A stretch of DNA of 64,000 nucleotides, taken from NCBI RefSeq assembly GCF_057098645.1, contig NZ_CM169472.1; one strand, given 5' to 3'. This document shows, one piece after another, positions 53,663-63,710 of this stretch. Under the pieces are notes generated by a model. The model was not told the origin of the DNA. It worked only from the letters and a program-made list of their open reading frames with translations, and did no database searches. Positions within the stretch are counted from its first letter, which is position 1. Each line of letters opens with the position of its first letter. The position numbers and the translations under genes were made by a program.

Positions 53663-54421
53663 TTAACGCGTTTTTTCGCTGCTTTCCACTACCGGGGGAT
53701 TTTTCCTCAGTGACTCTCCCTGAAGGACCACTCGGTGTGAGTTATGTACCAGTCTGTCCAGGATGGCATCTGCTGTTGTTGGGTTCTCCATCAGACCATG
53801 CCATTTATCTACCGGGAACTGGCTTACCACTATCGTGCTGCTTTGTCCGTAACGATCCTCTATGAGCTCCAGAAGGTCATTACACTGGGCGTTACTTAAC
53901 TGTTCCAGCCCCAGATCGTCCAGGATTAGAACCTGTATTTTTTGCAACTGTTTCAGATATTTCAGCCAGCTGCCATCAACACGTCCCTGAGCCAGTTGTT
54001 CCAGTAATCGCCCGGTTCTACAGTACCGGACGCTGTGTTTCTGTCGACATGCCTGTTCGCCCAGCGCATTGGCTATCCAGCTCTTGCCACATCCTGTCGG
54101 ACCGGTTATCAGCAGGTTTTTCCTGTGGGTTATGTAGTGGCCGTTCAGCAGTTCTCTCATCTGTTCAGCCCGCAGACCTCTTGAGGCCGGATAGCGCAGC
54201 CCTTCCGGTGTTGCCTGGTATTTCAGGCCGGCATTTTTTCTCAACCGTGCCACACGGCTGTTTTCCCTGCTCAGAAGCTCGTCATCAACCAGCAGCGTCA
54301 GCCTTTCCTCGAACGACAGTTCGTCGTAGGTCTGAGGCGTTTCCCGCTGCCGTATCAGGCTCCCGGCCATCGCCGGGAGTTTCAGTTGGGTCAGTTTGTT
54401 TAACAGGTTATCACTCATACT
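53663..54421 (-). CDS. istB: IS21-family IstB ATP-binding helper protein
   Basis: Start at MSDNLLNKL; Walker A GPTGCGKS. Confidence 0.75.
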   Translation of the reverse strand, partial: SMSDNLLNKLTQLKLPAMAGSLIRQRETPQTYDELSFEERLTLLVDDELLSRENSRVARLRKNAGLKYQATPEGLRYPASRGLRAEQMRELLNGHYITHRKNLLITGPTGCGKSWIANALGEQACRQKHSVRYCRTGRLLEQLAQGRVDGSWLKYLKQLQKIQVLILDDLGLEQLSNAQCNDLLELIEDRYGQSSTIVVSQFPVDKWHGLMENPTTADAILDRLVHNSHRVVLQGESLRKNPPVVESSEKTR

Positions 54422-54434
54422 GTTGTTCCTTCTG

Positions 54435-55970
54435 TCAGTGGTAGTAGCCCGGACCACGCAGGTTTTCATGCTCTGAAGCATATGCCGGATGTTGTTCGCC
54501 CTGGCGGGATAATGGAAGCTCCAGGTTCTCCCGATGGTGACGCAGCAGATTGTCGATAAAGCGTCTGTCAGGGGCGTTATAGTGCAGGGCAACGTAACAG
54601 GCCTTTTCCAGCCGTTCCGGGCCGTATTTTTTCTGAAGTGCCAGCAGCCCCAGAACTGCACGATAAGCCAGTTCCGGATGGGGTTTTGCCTTCAGCATGG
54701 ATTCAACCACCCGGCCTGTGGACGGGCCCGTACGTTTTCCCTGCTCGATCAGGCGTTCCGGTGTCCATGTCCCGTGCTGCCGGTGGCGCTCTGGCATGTG
54801 AAGCGGATTGGTTGTGTGTTTATATTCATGTGTGCTGCGCGGATGTTGCGCCACACACTGCCCCTTGTGCCAGAGCTGTACCACCGACTGCCCCGCCTTC
54901 AGTGACAGACGCTGACCGACCAGTTCGTGTGGAACGGAGTACCAGTGACGGGCATATTCAACGTGGTAGTCAGGGCCAACCTTCACAGCTTTGTATTCCG
55001 TGTATTCATAAGGTGCCAGAGGCAGCGGAGAGAGTGCTGGCGCATCCAGTATGCGGAAGCGTTCTGCACGGGTTTGATTGCCGTACCCCTTCATTGGCCG
55101 GTTATTCATGTCTGTCAGTAACTCCCTAAGGCGCGCATTCAGCGCCCTGAGCGTGTGGAAGGTTTCATTACGGATGCGGGCAAGAAGCCATCGTTCAACG
55201 ATGAGGACGCCGTTTTCTGCTTTTGGTTTATCTTTAGGTTTGCGTGGTCGGGCCGGGATGATAACCGTGCCATAGTGCTCAGCCAGTGCCTGATAACTGT
55301 CGTTGATGACAGGCTCATATCGATCGGCCTTTTTCACTGCGCTTCTGAGGTTATCGGGGATGAGCAGCTTCGGTACGCCGCCCAGGAAGGTCAGGCAACG
55401 GCTGTGGGCATTTAACCATGACATCATGTCCTGACCTTCGCACGCTTCAACGTAGGTATAGTTGGACGCCCCCATTACGGCCACGAAGATTGCCACGCGG
55501 CGTATCTCACCGGTGTCCGGATTAATAACAGGAACCGTAGGACCACAGAAGTCGATAAAAAGCTTTTCGCCGGCACGATGCTCCTGGCGCATGGAGAGAC
55601 GTCGCGTTTTTTTCCACTCCCGGTAGCAACGGCAGAAGTGCGAGTATCCCATCGCTTTGTTACCCGCCTGTGCCTTGTATTCCATCCACAACAGTTGCCG
55701 CGTCACACCTGGTTTTCTCATTTCCGTATCGAAGTACAACATGTCAGGCATTACAAGCTCTGATGCAAAGGTGTCTTTGGGCGGAAAAATGAGTTTCTCC
55801 AGCGTGTCATGGGATATATCAGCAGGTAATGGCCATGACAGAGAAGAGGCTTTGAAGCGGGCAAGAACCTCAAAAACGGTTGAGGCGCTGATGTGTAACG
55901 TCAGTCCGATACAACGGTTAGTCAGCTTCTTGTCGAACTTGAGCTGAAGGATCTTAAAACAGGTTTCCAT
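54435..55970 (-). CDS. istA: IS21-family transposase IstA
   Basis: Start chosen at METCFKIL; DDE integrase-type fold; precedes istB. Confidence 0.7.
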   Translation of the reverse strand: METCFKILQLKFDKKLTNRCIGLTLHISASTVFEVLARFKASSLSWPLPADISHDTLEKLIFPPKDTFASELVMPDMLYFDTEMRKPGVTRQLLWMEYKAQAGNKAMGYSHFCRCYREWKKTRRLSMRQEHRAGEKLFIDFCGPTVPVINPDTGEIRRVAIFVAVMGASNYTYVEACEGQDMMSWLNAHSRCLTFLGGVPKLLIPDNLRSAVKKADRYEPVINDSYQALAEHYGTVIIPARPRKPKDKPKAENGVLIVERWLLARIRNETFHTLRALNARLRELLTDMNNRPMKGYGNQTRAERFRILDAPALSPLPLAPYEYTEYKAVKVGPDYHVEYARHWYSVPHELVGQRLSLKAGQSVVQLWHKGQCVAQHPRSTHEYKHTTNPLHMPERHRQHGTWTPERLIEQGKRTGPSTGRVVESMLKAKPHPELAYRAVLGLLALQKKYGPERLEKACYVALHYNAPDRRFIDNLLRHHRENLELPLSRQGEQHPAYASEHENLRGPGYYH

Positions 55971-56594
55971 AGTGCTCCTGGATTTTCTCTTTCTGGACAT
56001 TGACGTCTCCACTGGTTTAAACACGGCAATGGAGACTGTGGTGAAAAGAGTTAATTCCCGGAGTGACTGGCAGGATGCCAATCAATGATCGGAAGCATGC
56101 CAAATCGTGATCGATTGTGATGCCAAACTGTGATCGGAGATGGATGCCAAATCATGATCGATTCGAATGCCAAACTGCGATCGATTCAGATGCCATTTTG
56201 CAGCCGGGGGGGACGAACTCCCGGCATTTTTTCGGAGTTAACTATGAGCAATAATTTGCAGGACATCCTCGCTGCCGCATCGGGGTATCAGTCCGTGACT
56301 TCAGAGCCAGCGCTCAATCTTAAAAGACCTAAAACGCTTGATGATTATCCTGTGATACCACCTGCATCAAAAAAAGTATCTGTTATTTCAAGTGACCTGA
56401 CACTCCATATCGGTTTTGATACCGAATATGTTTTCAATCCTGAAACACAACAGAATGATATTCTGTCATATCAGAGTTATGTTGTCTTACCCGATAATAC
56501 AGGTATATCGAACATTATCTATCCACCTGACTCACAGAAAAAATCCCGGCTGTCTTTTAAGAACTTTCTCTGTCAAACGATTATGGATTTGCCC

Positions 56595-57500
56595 CTATAT
56601 TTCCAGACATCTGTTATCACTTAACCCATTACAAGCCCGCTGCCGCAGATATTCCCGTGGCGAGCGATAACCCAGCGCACTATGCGGATGCCATTCGTTA
56701 TAATGCTCGAACGCCTCTGCAAGGTTCTTTGCTGCCGTTAACCCGTCTGGTTTGGGCATGATACTGATGTAGTCACGCTTTATCGTTTTCACGAAGCTCT
56801 CTGCTATTCCGTTACTCTCCGGACTCCGCACCGCCGTGTTCTTCGGTTCAAGTCCCAACATCCGGGCGAACTGGCGTGTTTCATTAGCCCGGTAGCATGA
56901 ACCATTATCCGTCAGCCACTCCACTGGAGACGACGGAAGATCGTTGCCGAAGCGGCGTTCCACCGCTCCCAGCATGACGTCCTGTACTGTTTCACTGTTG
57001 AAGCCGCCGGTAGTCACCGCCCAGTGCAGTGCCTCACGATCACAGCAGTCCAGCGCGAACGTGACACGCAGTCTCTCTCCGTTATCACAGCAGAACTCGA
57101 ACCCGTCAGAGCACCATCGCTGATTGCTTTCTTTCACGGCCACTCTGCCTGTATGTGCCCGTTTCGATGGCGGTACAGCAGGTTTTCGCTCAAGCAACAG
57201 CGCATTCTGGCGCATGATCCGGTAAACACGTTTGGCATTGATCGCAGGCATACCATCAAGTTCTGCCTGTCTGCGAAGCAGCGCCCATACCCGACGATAA
57301 CCATACGTGGGCAGCTCTCCGATAACATGGTGTATACGGAGAAGCACATCCGTATCATCAGTGTGACGACTGCGGCGGCCATCCATCCAGTCATCGGTTC
57401 GTCTGAGAATGACGTGCAACTGCGCACGCGACACCCGGAGACAACGGCTGACTAAGCTTACTCCCCATCCCCGGGCAATAAGGGCGCGTGCGCTATCCAC
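56595..57500 (-). CDS. insD: IS2 transposase InsD
   Basis: 301-aa ORF. Confidence 0.85.
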
Positions 57501-57823
57501 TTTTTTGCCCGTCCATATTCAACGGCTTCTTTGAGGAGTTCATTTTCCATCGTTTTCTTGCCGAGCAGGCGCTGGAGTTCTTTAATCTGCTTCATGGCGG
57601 CAGCAAGTTCAGAGGCAGGAACAACCTGTTCTCCGGCGGCCACAGCAGTAAGACTTCCTTCCTGGTATTGCTTACGCCAGAGAAATAACTGGCTGGCTGC
57701 TACACCATGTTGCCGGGCAACGAGGGAGACCGTCATCCCCGGTTCAAAGCTCTGCTGAACAATTGCGATCTTTTCCTGTGTGGTACGCCGTCTGCGTTTC
57801 TCCGGCCCTAAGACATCAATCAT
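57458..57823 (-). CDS. insC: IS2 InsC
   Basis: Start at [13 protein letters not shown], 121 aa. Confidence 0.85.
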
Positions 57824-59974
57824 CTGTTCTCCAATGACTAGTCTAAAAACTAGTATTAAGACTATCACTTATTTAAGTGATACTGGTTGTCTGGAGATTC
57901 AGGGGGCCAGTCTAGATTACACCGCTTCTTGAAACGGGTGTGATTACAAAATGGCCCGGTATTATTAATATATATGCGCATTTCATTCGTGCGGATATCA
58001 CCTCCTTTGCCAATTTCTGGTCAGACTACAAAATTCTTCTGAAAGGAATACGCGGTACTGTCAGCAGCTTCAAAAATCGTTACGGTATCGATTTTGATGA
58101 ACAGCAGGAACGTCGCGTAAAGACTGAACAGATAATGTTTGACAAACGAACTTCCCCTCCGCGTTGCAGTAACGTAGCTTTCATCGATACACTGCTTATC
58201 ACTCCCGGGGGTATGGGTCTGGCTGAATGTGGTGAATTACTGGGTCTTCCCAAACTGACCATTCCTGCACCTTATTCCATAACCAATATGCGTGAATATC
58301 TTCTGGGCGACAGAGCAGGGTTTGAAGCCTATGCTCTGCGGGATGCCGAGATTGCGGTTCGTTATGCTTTACAGGTTCGCAATTTTTGCGCCCGGGAGCT
58401 GATGATTGATCGTGTCCCCGCCACCATCGGGGCGATGGCAGTTTCACGGTTCACCAAAACACTTAAAGAAAACAATATGTCTCCTGAAGTCTGCCTTGGG
58501 ACACACATTAAAACCCGTGAACTCTGGCTCACGGAGAAACAGGCATTCCGGACGATTAAAAACCCCGCCAGTGTTCCTTCAAGAGAGCTGTTTGAAACGT
58601 TCCCGATCAACTGTTACCACGGCGGACGCAATGAGTGTTTTATGATGGGGGTTACACCGTCTGATCACTGGTATGACTACGATCTGGCTGGAGCGTATAC
58701 CACCGGGCTATTAGATATCCTCATACCCGATTACGGAAACATCCGCCTCAGTAAAAATCCGGACGATTACTGTGGGCATGTAATGGGATTTGCGTTTGTC
58801 ACATTTCAGTTCCCGGAATCAGTTCCCTATCCCAGCCTGCCGGTTCGGACCGATCAATATGGGTTATTCTTTCCATTAAGTGGCGAATCATGGGCAACGG
58901 CACCTGAAATCGAACTTGCTCTGTCGCTCGGGGCAGAGATGACGATCCATAATGGGATCATCGTCCCCTGGATCTGTGACACCTCCCCACATAACAGCGA
59001 ATCAACATCGGTGTTTCTTCCCTTTGTTCAACAGGTCCGTGAGAACCGTAATCGCCATATTAAAGGTTCTCTGGAGGAGAAATTCTGGAAAGAAATTGGC
59101 AACTCGCTTTATGGCAAACTTGCTCAGGGCCTTCGCGCCAAAACCGCCTTTGATACTGCCCGTGGATTAAACAGATCCCTCCCACCATCATCGGTTACTC
59201 AGCCATTCTTTGCTGCGCATGTGACGGGATTTATCCGCGCCGTTGTCGGGGAACTCATGAATGCTTTGCCTTCTGATTCATCGGTTGTCAGCGTCACAAC
59301 CGATGGCTTTTTGACAAATTGCCCACTTAACAAGATAAACATGAGCGGTCCACTGTCTTCCCGCTTCCAGTCGCTGTGCGATATTGTTGATCCGGGTTCA
59401 TCAATGTTGACATGTAAGCATGAGGTCAGCCAGCTTATCGCCATGAAAACCCGGGGGCAGTTAACCTATAGAGCTATTCAGGGAAAACCTGTTGTTCATG
59501 CCAGGGCTGGCGTCAAACCTCCTGCCGATATTCCACGCAGTGACTATAACGACTATATGGTAGATCTTTACCTTAATCGTTTACCCGGTCAGACGTTATC
59601 CCGAAGTACGTTGATATCAACGCGTGAGATGTGGCTGTCGGAAAGCGATCTGGTATCCCGGGAACAGGATATCCGTCTTAATCTGGAATTCGATTTCAAA
59701 CGCCAGCCCGTACAGCCCGCCATGAATGAAGGGCATTTACTGATGTCTTCCCGCCCATGGGATAATATGGAAGAGGCTCTGCAGCAACGCTCTCTTTTCG
59801 ACGACTGGCGGCAAACGCATACACTGAAGACCCTGGCTGACTGGGATGACTGGTGTGATTTTCTCTATTGCCGGACGGTGTTTTCTGATATGAAACTAAA
59901 AGTCGGAAGCAAACGTAGTGATGATATTTTAGTCAGACTATTTCTCCGGGCGCTGACTCAGTGCCAATGGGGGC

Positions 59975-60523
59975 TTATGCTGAAAGATAAAAAAAGTTAT
60001 TCCTGTAAAGAGGTTGCTGAATGGCTGACGTCAGAAGGCTATTCAGTAACATGTCAAAAAGCACCTGCTGGATCTCCCGGGCCCGAAGGTCGCAGTAACG
60101 TATCTTCCCCAGACGAGGTTCAATGTATTGCGTGAAACGCTGAACATCCTTATCCCAGGACTTTTTATGGCGTTTGATGAACGGAACATAGGTCTGGTGA
60201 AAAAACTCACTAAGTGTTGGCATCGCACGATAATTATCGCGTTCTGCTTTAGGGTCATTTCCCAGTGCAATCGCCTCCTTGTGACGACGAGCTATCTGAC
60301 GGGCTGTCCCCACATCGATTTCAGGGAATCTGCCAATACTGATACTTTTTTTGGTACCGTGGAATGTGTAGCGCAGGAGGAAACGTTTGTTACCCGTTCG
60401 ACCTGAGAGACATTTGAGGCCTATGACCTCGGTATCTGATACCTCAAGCTCTGTAGATCGGGTATCTGTGTTTGCCGGAAGGGCTTTGATGGATGAATTG
60501 GTGAATCGGAAGGATTTTTGCAT
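59975..60523 (-). pseudogene. N-terminal fragment of a P4-type tyrosine integrase (arm-binding domain), truncated
   Basis: MQKSFRFTNSSIKALP ... GRFPEIDVGTARQIARRHKEAIALGNDP resembles integrase N-terminal domain; no catalytic domain follows; overlaps piPolB 3-prime end on the opposite strand. Confidence 0.5.
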
Positions 60524-60709
60524 ATTTATCCTCATGTATCTGATTGATATCATGAAAATAATATATATCTGAAGGTGTTTTTATTACGGGGCAGGATTGA
60601 AGAATGGAAAAGCTATTAGACGCGTACAAACGGATATTGCAGGAAGTTAACGCCCAGTCATTTAACCTGAATGAGGATAAATACTCAGGCGTCTTTTTAC
60701 CCGTGCCGT

Positions 60710-61766
60710 GGCTTTGTTGAATAAATCGAACTTTTGCTGAGTTGAAGGATCAGATCACGCATCTTCCCGACAACGCAGACCGTTCCGTGGCAAAGCAAAA
60801 GTTCAAAATCACCAACTGGCCCACCTACAATAAAGCCCTCATCAACCGTGGCTCCATAACTTTCTGGCTGGATGATGAAGCTATTCAGGCCTGGTATGAG
60901 TCAGCAACACCTTCTTCACGAGGCAGACCTCAGCGCTATTCTGACCTTGCCATCACGACTGTGCTGGTCATTAAACGCGTATTCAGGCTGACCCTGCGCG
61001 CTGCGCAGGGCTTTATTGATTCCATTTTTTCTCTGATGAACGTTCCGCTACGCTGCCCGGATTACAGCTGTGTCAGCAGGCGGGCAAAGTCGGTTAATGT
61101 CAGTTTCAAAACGCCCACCCGGGGTGAAATCGCACATCTGGTGATTGATTCCACCGGGCTGAAGGTCTTCGGTGAAGGCGAGTGGAAAGTCAAAAAGCAT
61201 GGCCAGGAACGCCGCCGTATCTGGCGTAAGCTGCATCTCGCCGTTGACAGTAAAACACATGAAATCATCTGTGCAGACCTGTCGCTGAACAACGTTACGG
61301 ACTCAGAGGCCTTCCCCGGGTTAATCCGGCAAACCCACCGGAAAATCAGGTCAGCCGCCGCCGATGGCGCTTACGATACCCGGCTATGTCACGATGAACT
61401 GCGGCGTAAGAAAATCAGCGCGCTTATCCCTCCCCGAAAAGGTGCGGGCTACTGGCCCGGTGAATATGCAGACCGTAACCGTGCAGTGGCTAATCAGCGA
61501 ATGACCGGGAGTAATGCGCGGTGGAAATGGACAACAGATTACAACCGTCGCTCGATAGCGGAAACGGCGATGTACCGGGTAAAACAGCTGTTCGGGGGTT
61601 CACTGACGCTGCGTGACTACGATGGTCAGGTTGCGGAGGCTATGGCCCTGGTACGAGCGCTGAACAAAATGACGAAAGCAGGTATGCCTGAAAGCGTGCG
61701 TATTGCCTGAAAACACAACCCGCTACGGGGGAGACTTACCCGAAATCTGATTTATTCAACAAAGCC
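60710..61766 (+). mobile_element. IS903-like element, copy 2, 1057 bp, inverted relative to copy 1
   Basis: Same inverted repeats; 9-bp target duplication CCGTGCCGT at 60701-60709 and 61767-61775. Confidence 0.9.
60742..61710 (+). CDS. IS903-like transposase
   Basis: 322-aa ORF identical in translation to the copy at 44245-45213. Confidence 0.85.
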   Translation: MKDQITHLPDNADRSVAKQKFKITNWPTYNKALINRGSITFWLDDEAIQAWYESATPSSRGRPQRYSDLAITTVLVIKRVFRLTLRAAQGFIDSIFSLMNVPLRCPDYSCVSRRAKSVNVSFKTPTRGEIAHLVIDSTGLKVFGEGEWKVKKHGQERRRIWRKLHLAVDSKTHEIICADLSLNNVTDSEAFPGLIRQTHRKIRSAAADGAYDTRLCHDELRRKKISALIPPRKGAGYWPGEYADRNRAVANQRMTGSNARWKWTTDYNRRSIAETAMYRVKQLFGGSLTLRDYDGQVAEAMALVRALNKMTKAGMPESVRIA

Positions 61767-62578
61767 CCGTGCCGTTTGAAGAATACTGGCATTCACCGAT
61801 AAAAATCATGCTGGTTGGACGTGAAACCGCAGGCTGGAATACGCTGAATGGTAAGAATACGATATCACGGGTGTTGGGACTTATACCTGACGTCACCATC
61901 GGGCAAGTGGTTGAAGAAGCTGTAGATCGTTACAGGAAACATCTTCCGGTACAAAATTATGGCACCGCCAACCTCAAATCACGTAGCCGCTTCACGCAAT
62001 ATCATTTCAGGCTGGCCCGGGAGCTTAATATTCTTCCCCAGGCAATCGTGTATGCCAATCTACTGGCGTGGGATTACGACGGACTGACCCCTCTCAATCG
62101 CCCTCAAAATGAAGTGCAGGAAGTCATATTAGCCTCGCTGAAGCTACTGGCGGTACAAATTAAACACCTTGAGCCTGATTTCATCATCTTTGCATCTGGA
62201 GCCCGGAGAACAGACTACATCATAAAACAGGTGCTTACTGAGCTAGGCGGCTATGAGACTTCTTCAGTCATTCCGGGGAAGCTGTGGGAGTTCAAAACAG
62301 GTAATACAATCTGTTTCAGAATTGCCCATCCAAGGGCTATGCGCGGACACCAGAAGTACAGAGATGAGGTGATTGCACGAATTAAGCAACTTTGTACTCA
62401 GGGTGGCTAGAGCATTACAGCTTGCTCAGCAGGGCCCCTTCCCGGAAGAGTACCGGAAAACAGGCAAAGCAACCTGGTTCTCTATGCTGGAGGCGACACG
62501 TTCGATTCGGCATTGCCAGGCTGGAGATTGCAGCTCATTGCACCCCGTGAGCACAGGATATGCACAGGACATGAATTT

Positions 62579-62708
62579 CAGGCACAAAAAAACCACCCGG
62601 AGGTGGTTTCACGACACTGCTTATTGCTTTGATTTTATTCTTATCTTTCCCATGGTACCCGGAGCGGGACTTGAACCCGCACAGCGCGAACGCCGAGGGA
62701 TTTTAAAT
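62579..62708. repeat. attR: 130-bp direct repeat (leuZ 3-prime part plus downstream flank)
   Basis: Matches 33986-34115 with 1 mismatch. Confidence 0.9.
62584..62609 (-). terminator. rho-independent terminator downstream of leuZ (copy within attR)
   Basis: aaaaaaaccaccc gga ggtggttt. Confidence 0.6.
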
Positions 62709-62739
62709 CCCTTGTGTCTACCGATTCCACCATCCGGGC
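62653..62739 (-). tRNA. leuZ: tRNA-Leu
   Basis: 87-nt sequence, reverse complement GCCCGGATGGTGGAATCGGTAGACACAAGGGATTTAAAATCCC...GGGTACCA. Confidence 0.9.
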
Positions 62740-62751
62740 TCGGGAAGAAAG

Positions 62752-62825
62752 TGGAGGCGCGTTCCGGAGTCGAACCGGACTAGACGGATTTGCAATCCGC
62801 TACATAACCGCTTTGTTAACGCGCC
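62752..62825 (-). tRNA. cysT: tRNA-Cys
   Basis: 74-nt sequence, reverse complement GGCGCGTTAACAAAGCGGTTATGTAGCGGATTGCAAATCCGTC...CTCCA. Confidence 0.9.
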
Positions 62826-62878
62826 AAATTCTTCAGGCCTTTCAGCCAGACATCCGCTGACGCCGATGTCTTTTAAAC

Positions 62879-62954
<76 letters not shown>

Positions 62955-63105
62955 ATTCATCAAGCAATCAGTTAATCACTTGATTTTATTATCGTCTGGC
63001 AATCAGTGCCGCCGTTCGATGCGTTGCATTCTACTTACCTGGCGCGATGAGTCAACGATATTTTTCACCACTTTTGATCGTTTGCTGAAAATTGCGCCGA
63101 AACGA

Positions 63106-63654
63106 TCACTGATCAAGCAAATCTGCACGCGCAGCGCTCAAATATTGCAACATTGACCACAGAGTCAGTACCGCAGCCACAAAGAAAAGTGCAATACCGG
63201 CGTACTCAACCCAAATGTTCGGACGCCACAGCAGCCATGCCAACGCCACCATCTGGGCAGTGGTTTTCACTTTCCCAATCCAGGAGACAGCCACGCTACT
63301 GCGTTTACCCAACTCCGCCATCCATTCGCGTAGCGCAGAAATAATAATTTCACGAGCGATCATCGTTGCCGCCGGTAAGGTCACCCACCAGCTGTGGTAA
63401 TGCTCGGTTACCAGCACCATGGCGATAGCCACGAGAACTTTATCTGCTACAGGGTCAAGGAAAGCACCAAACCGGGTACTCTGGTTCCAGCGGCGTGCCA
63501 GAAAACCATCGAACCAGTCAGTCACCGCCGCGACGCAGAAAATGAGCGCGGCGGCAAACGGCGACCAGGTGACAGGCAGATAAAAGACCAATACAAAGAA
63601 TGGGATAAGGATGACACGGAACAGTGTAAGCAACGTAGGGATATTAAATTGCAT
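63106..63654 (-). CDS. pgsA: CDP-diacylglycerol--glycerol-3-phosphate 3-phosphatidyltransferase
   Basis: 182-aa ORF matching PgsA; CDP-alcohol phosphatidyltransferase motif. Confidence 0.9.
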
Positions 63655-63710
63655 AATGACGGGTAACTATCTGTTGTCAGTAAGATTACCCCTATGTTGC
63701 TACAGAGACA

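Larger units (their letters stand above)
53557..56226 (-). mobile_element. IS21-family insertion sequence (istA-istB), ends approximate
   Basis: istA/istB gene pair; both ends carry repeated CGATCAYGRTTTGGCAT-like motifs; terminal TGCCGGG at both ends in inverted orientation. Confidence 0.6.
56584..57914 (-). mobile_element. IS2 (IS3 family), 1331 bp
   Basis: Ends TGGATTTGCCCCTAT ... CAGGGGGCCAGTCTA; 5-bp target duplication GATTA at 56579-56583 and 57915-57919. Confidence 0.9.
56244..60135 (+). pseudogene. family-B DNA polymerase (piPolB-like, pipolin hallmark), interrupted by IS2
   Basis: Reconstructed 851-aa ORF (56244-56583 plus 57920-60135); Exo I FDTEY, motif B KEIGNSLYGKLAQ, motif C SVTTDGF, KxY MKTRGQLTY. 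Confidence 0.7.
60604..62410 (+). pseudogene. uracil-DNA glycosylase-like gene interrupted by IS903 copy 2
   Basis: ATG at 60604 (MEKLLDAYKRIL...) runs in frame into ORF 61769-62410 once IS and one TSD are removed; motifs IMLVGRETAG and HPRAMRG resemble UDG family 4/5. Confidence 0.45.
33986..62708. mobile_element. about 28.7 kb integrative element at leuZ (pipolin-like with a defence module), heavily IS-decayed
   Basis: Bounded by 130-bp att repeats; carries tyrosine integrase, excisionase-like ORF, family-B DNA polymerase, UDG-like gene, type I R-M, GmrSD-like gene; AT-rich patches. Confidence 0.8.

Noticed and set aside
56130-56243. N-terminal extension of the polymerase ORF (MIGDGCQIMIDS...)
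   Set aside because: Lies within the terminal repeat region of the IS21-family element; the real start is the ATG at 56244 with its own RBS
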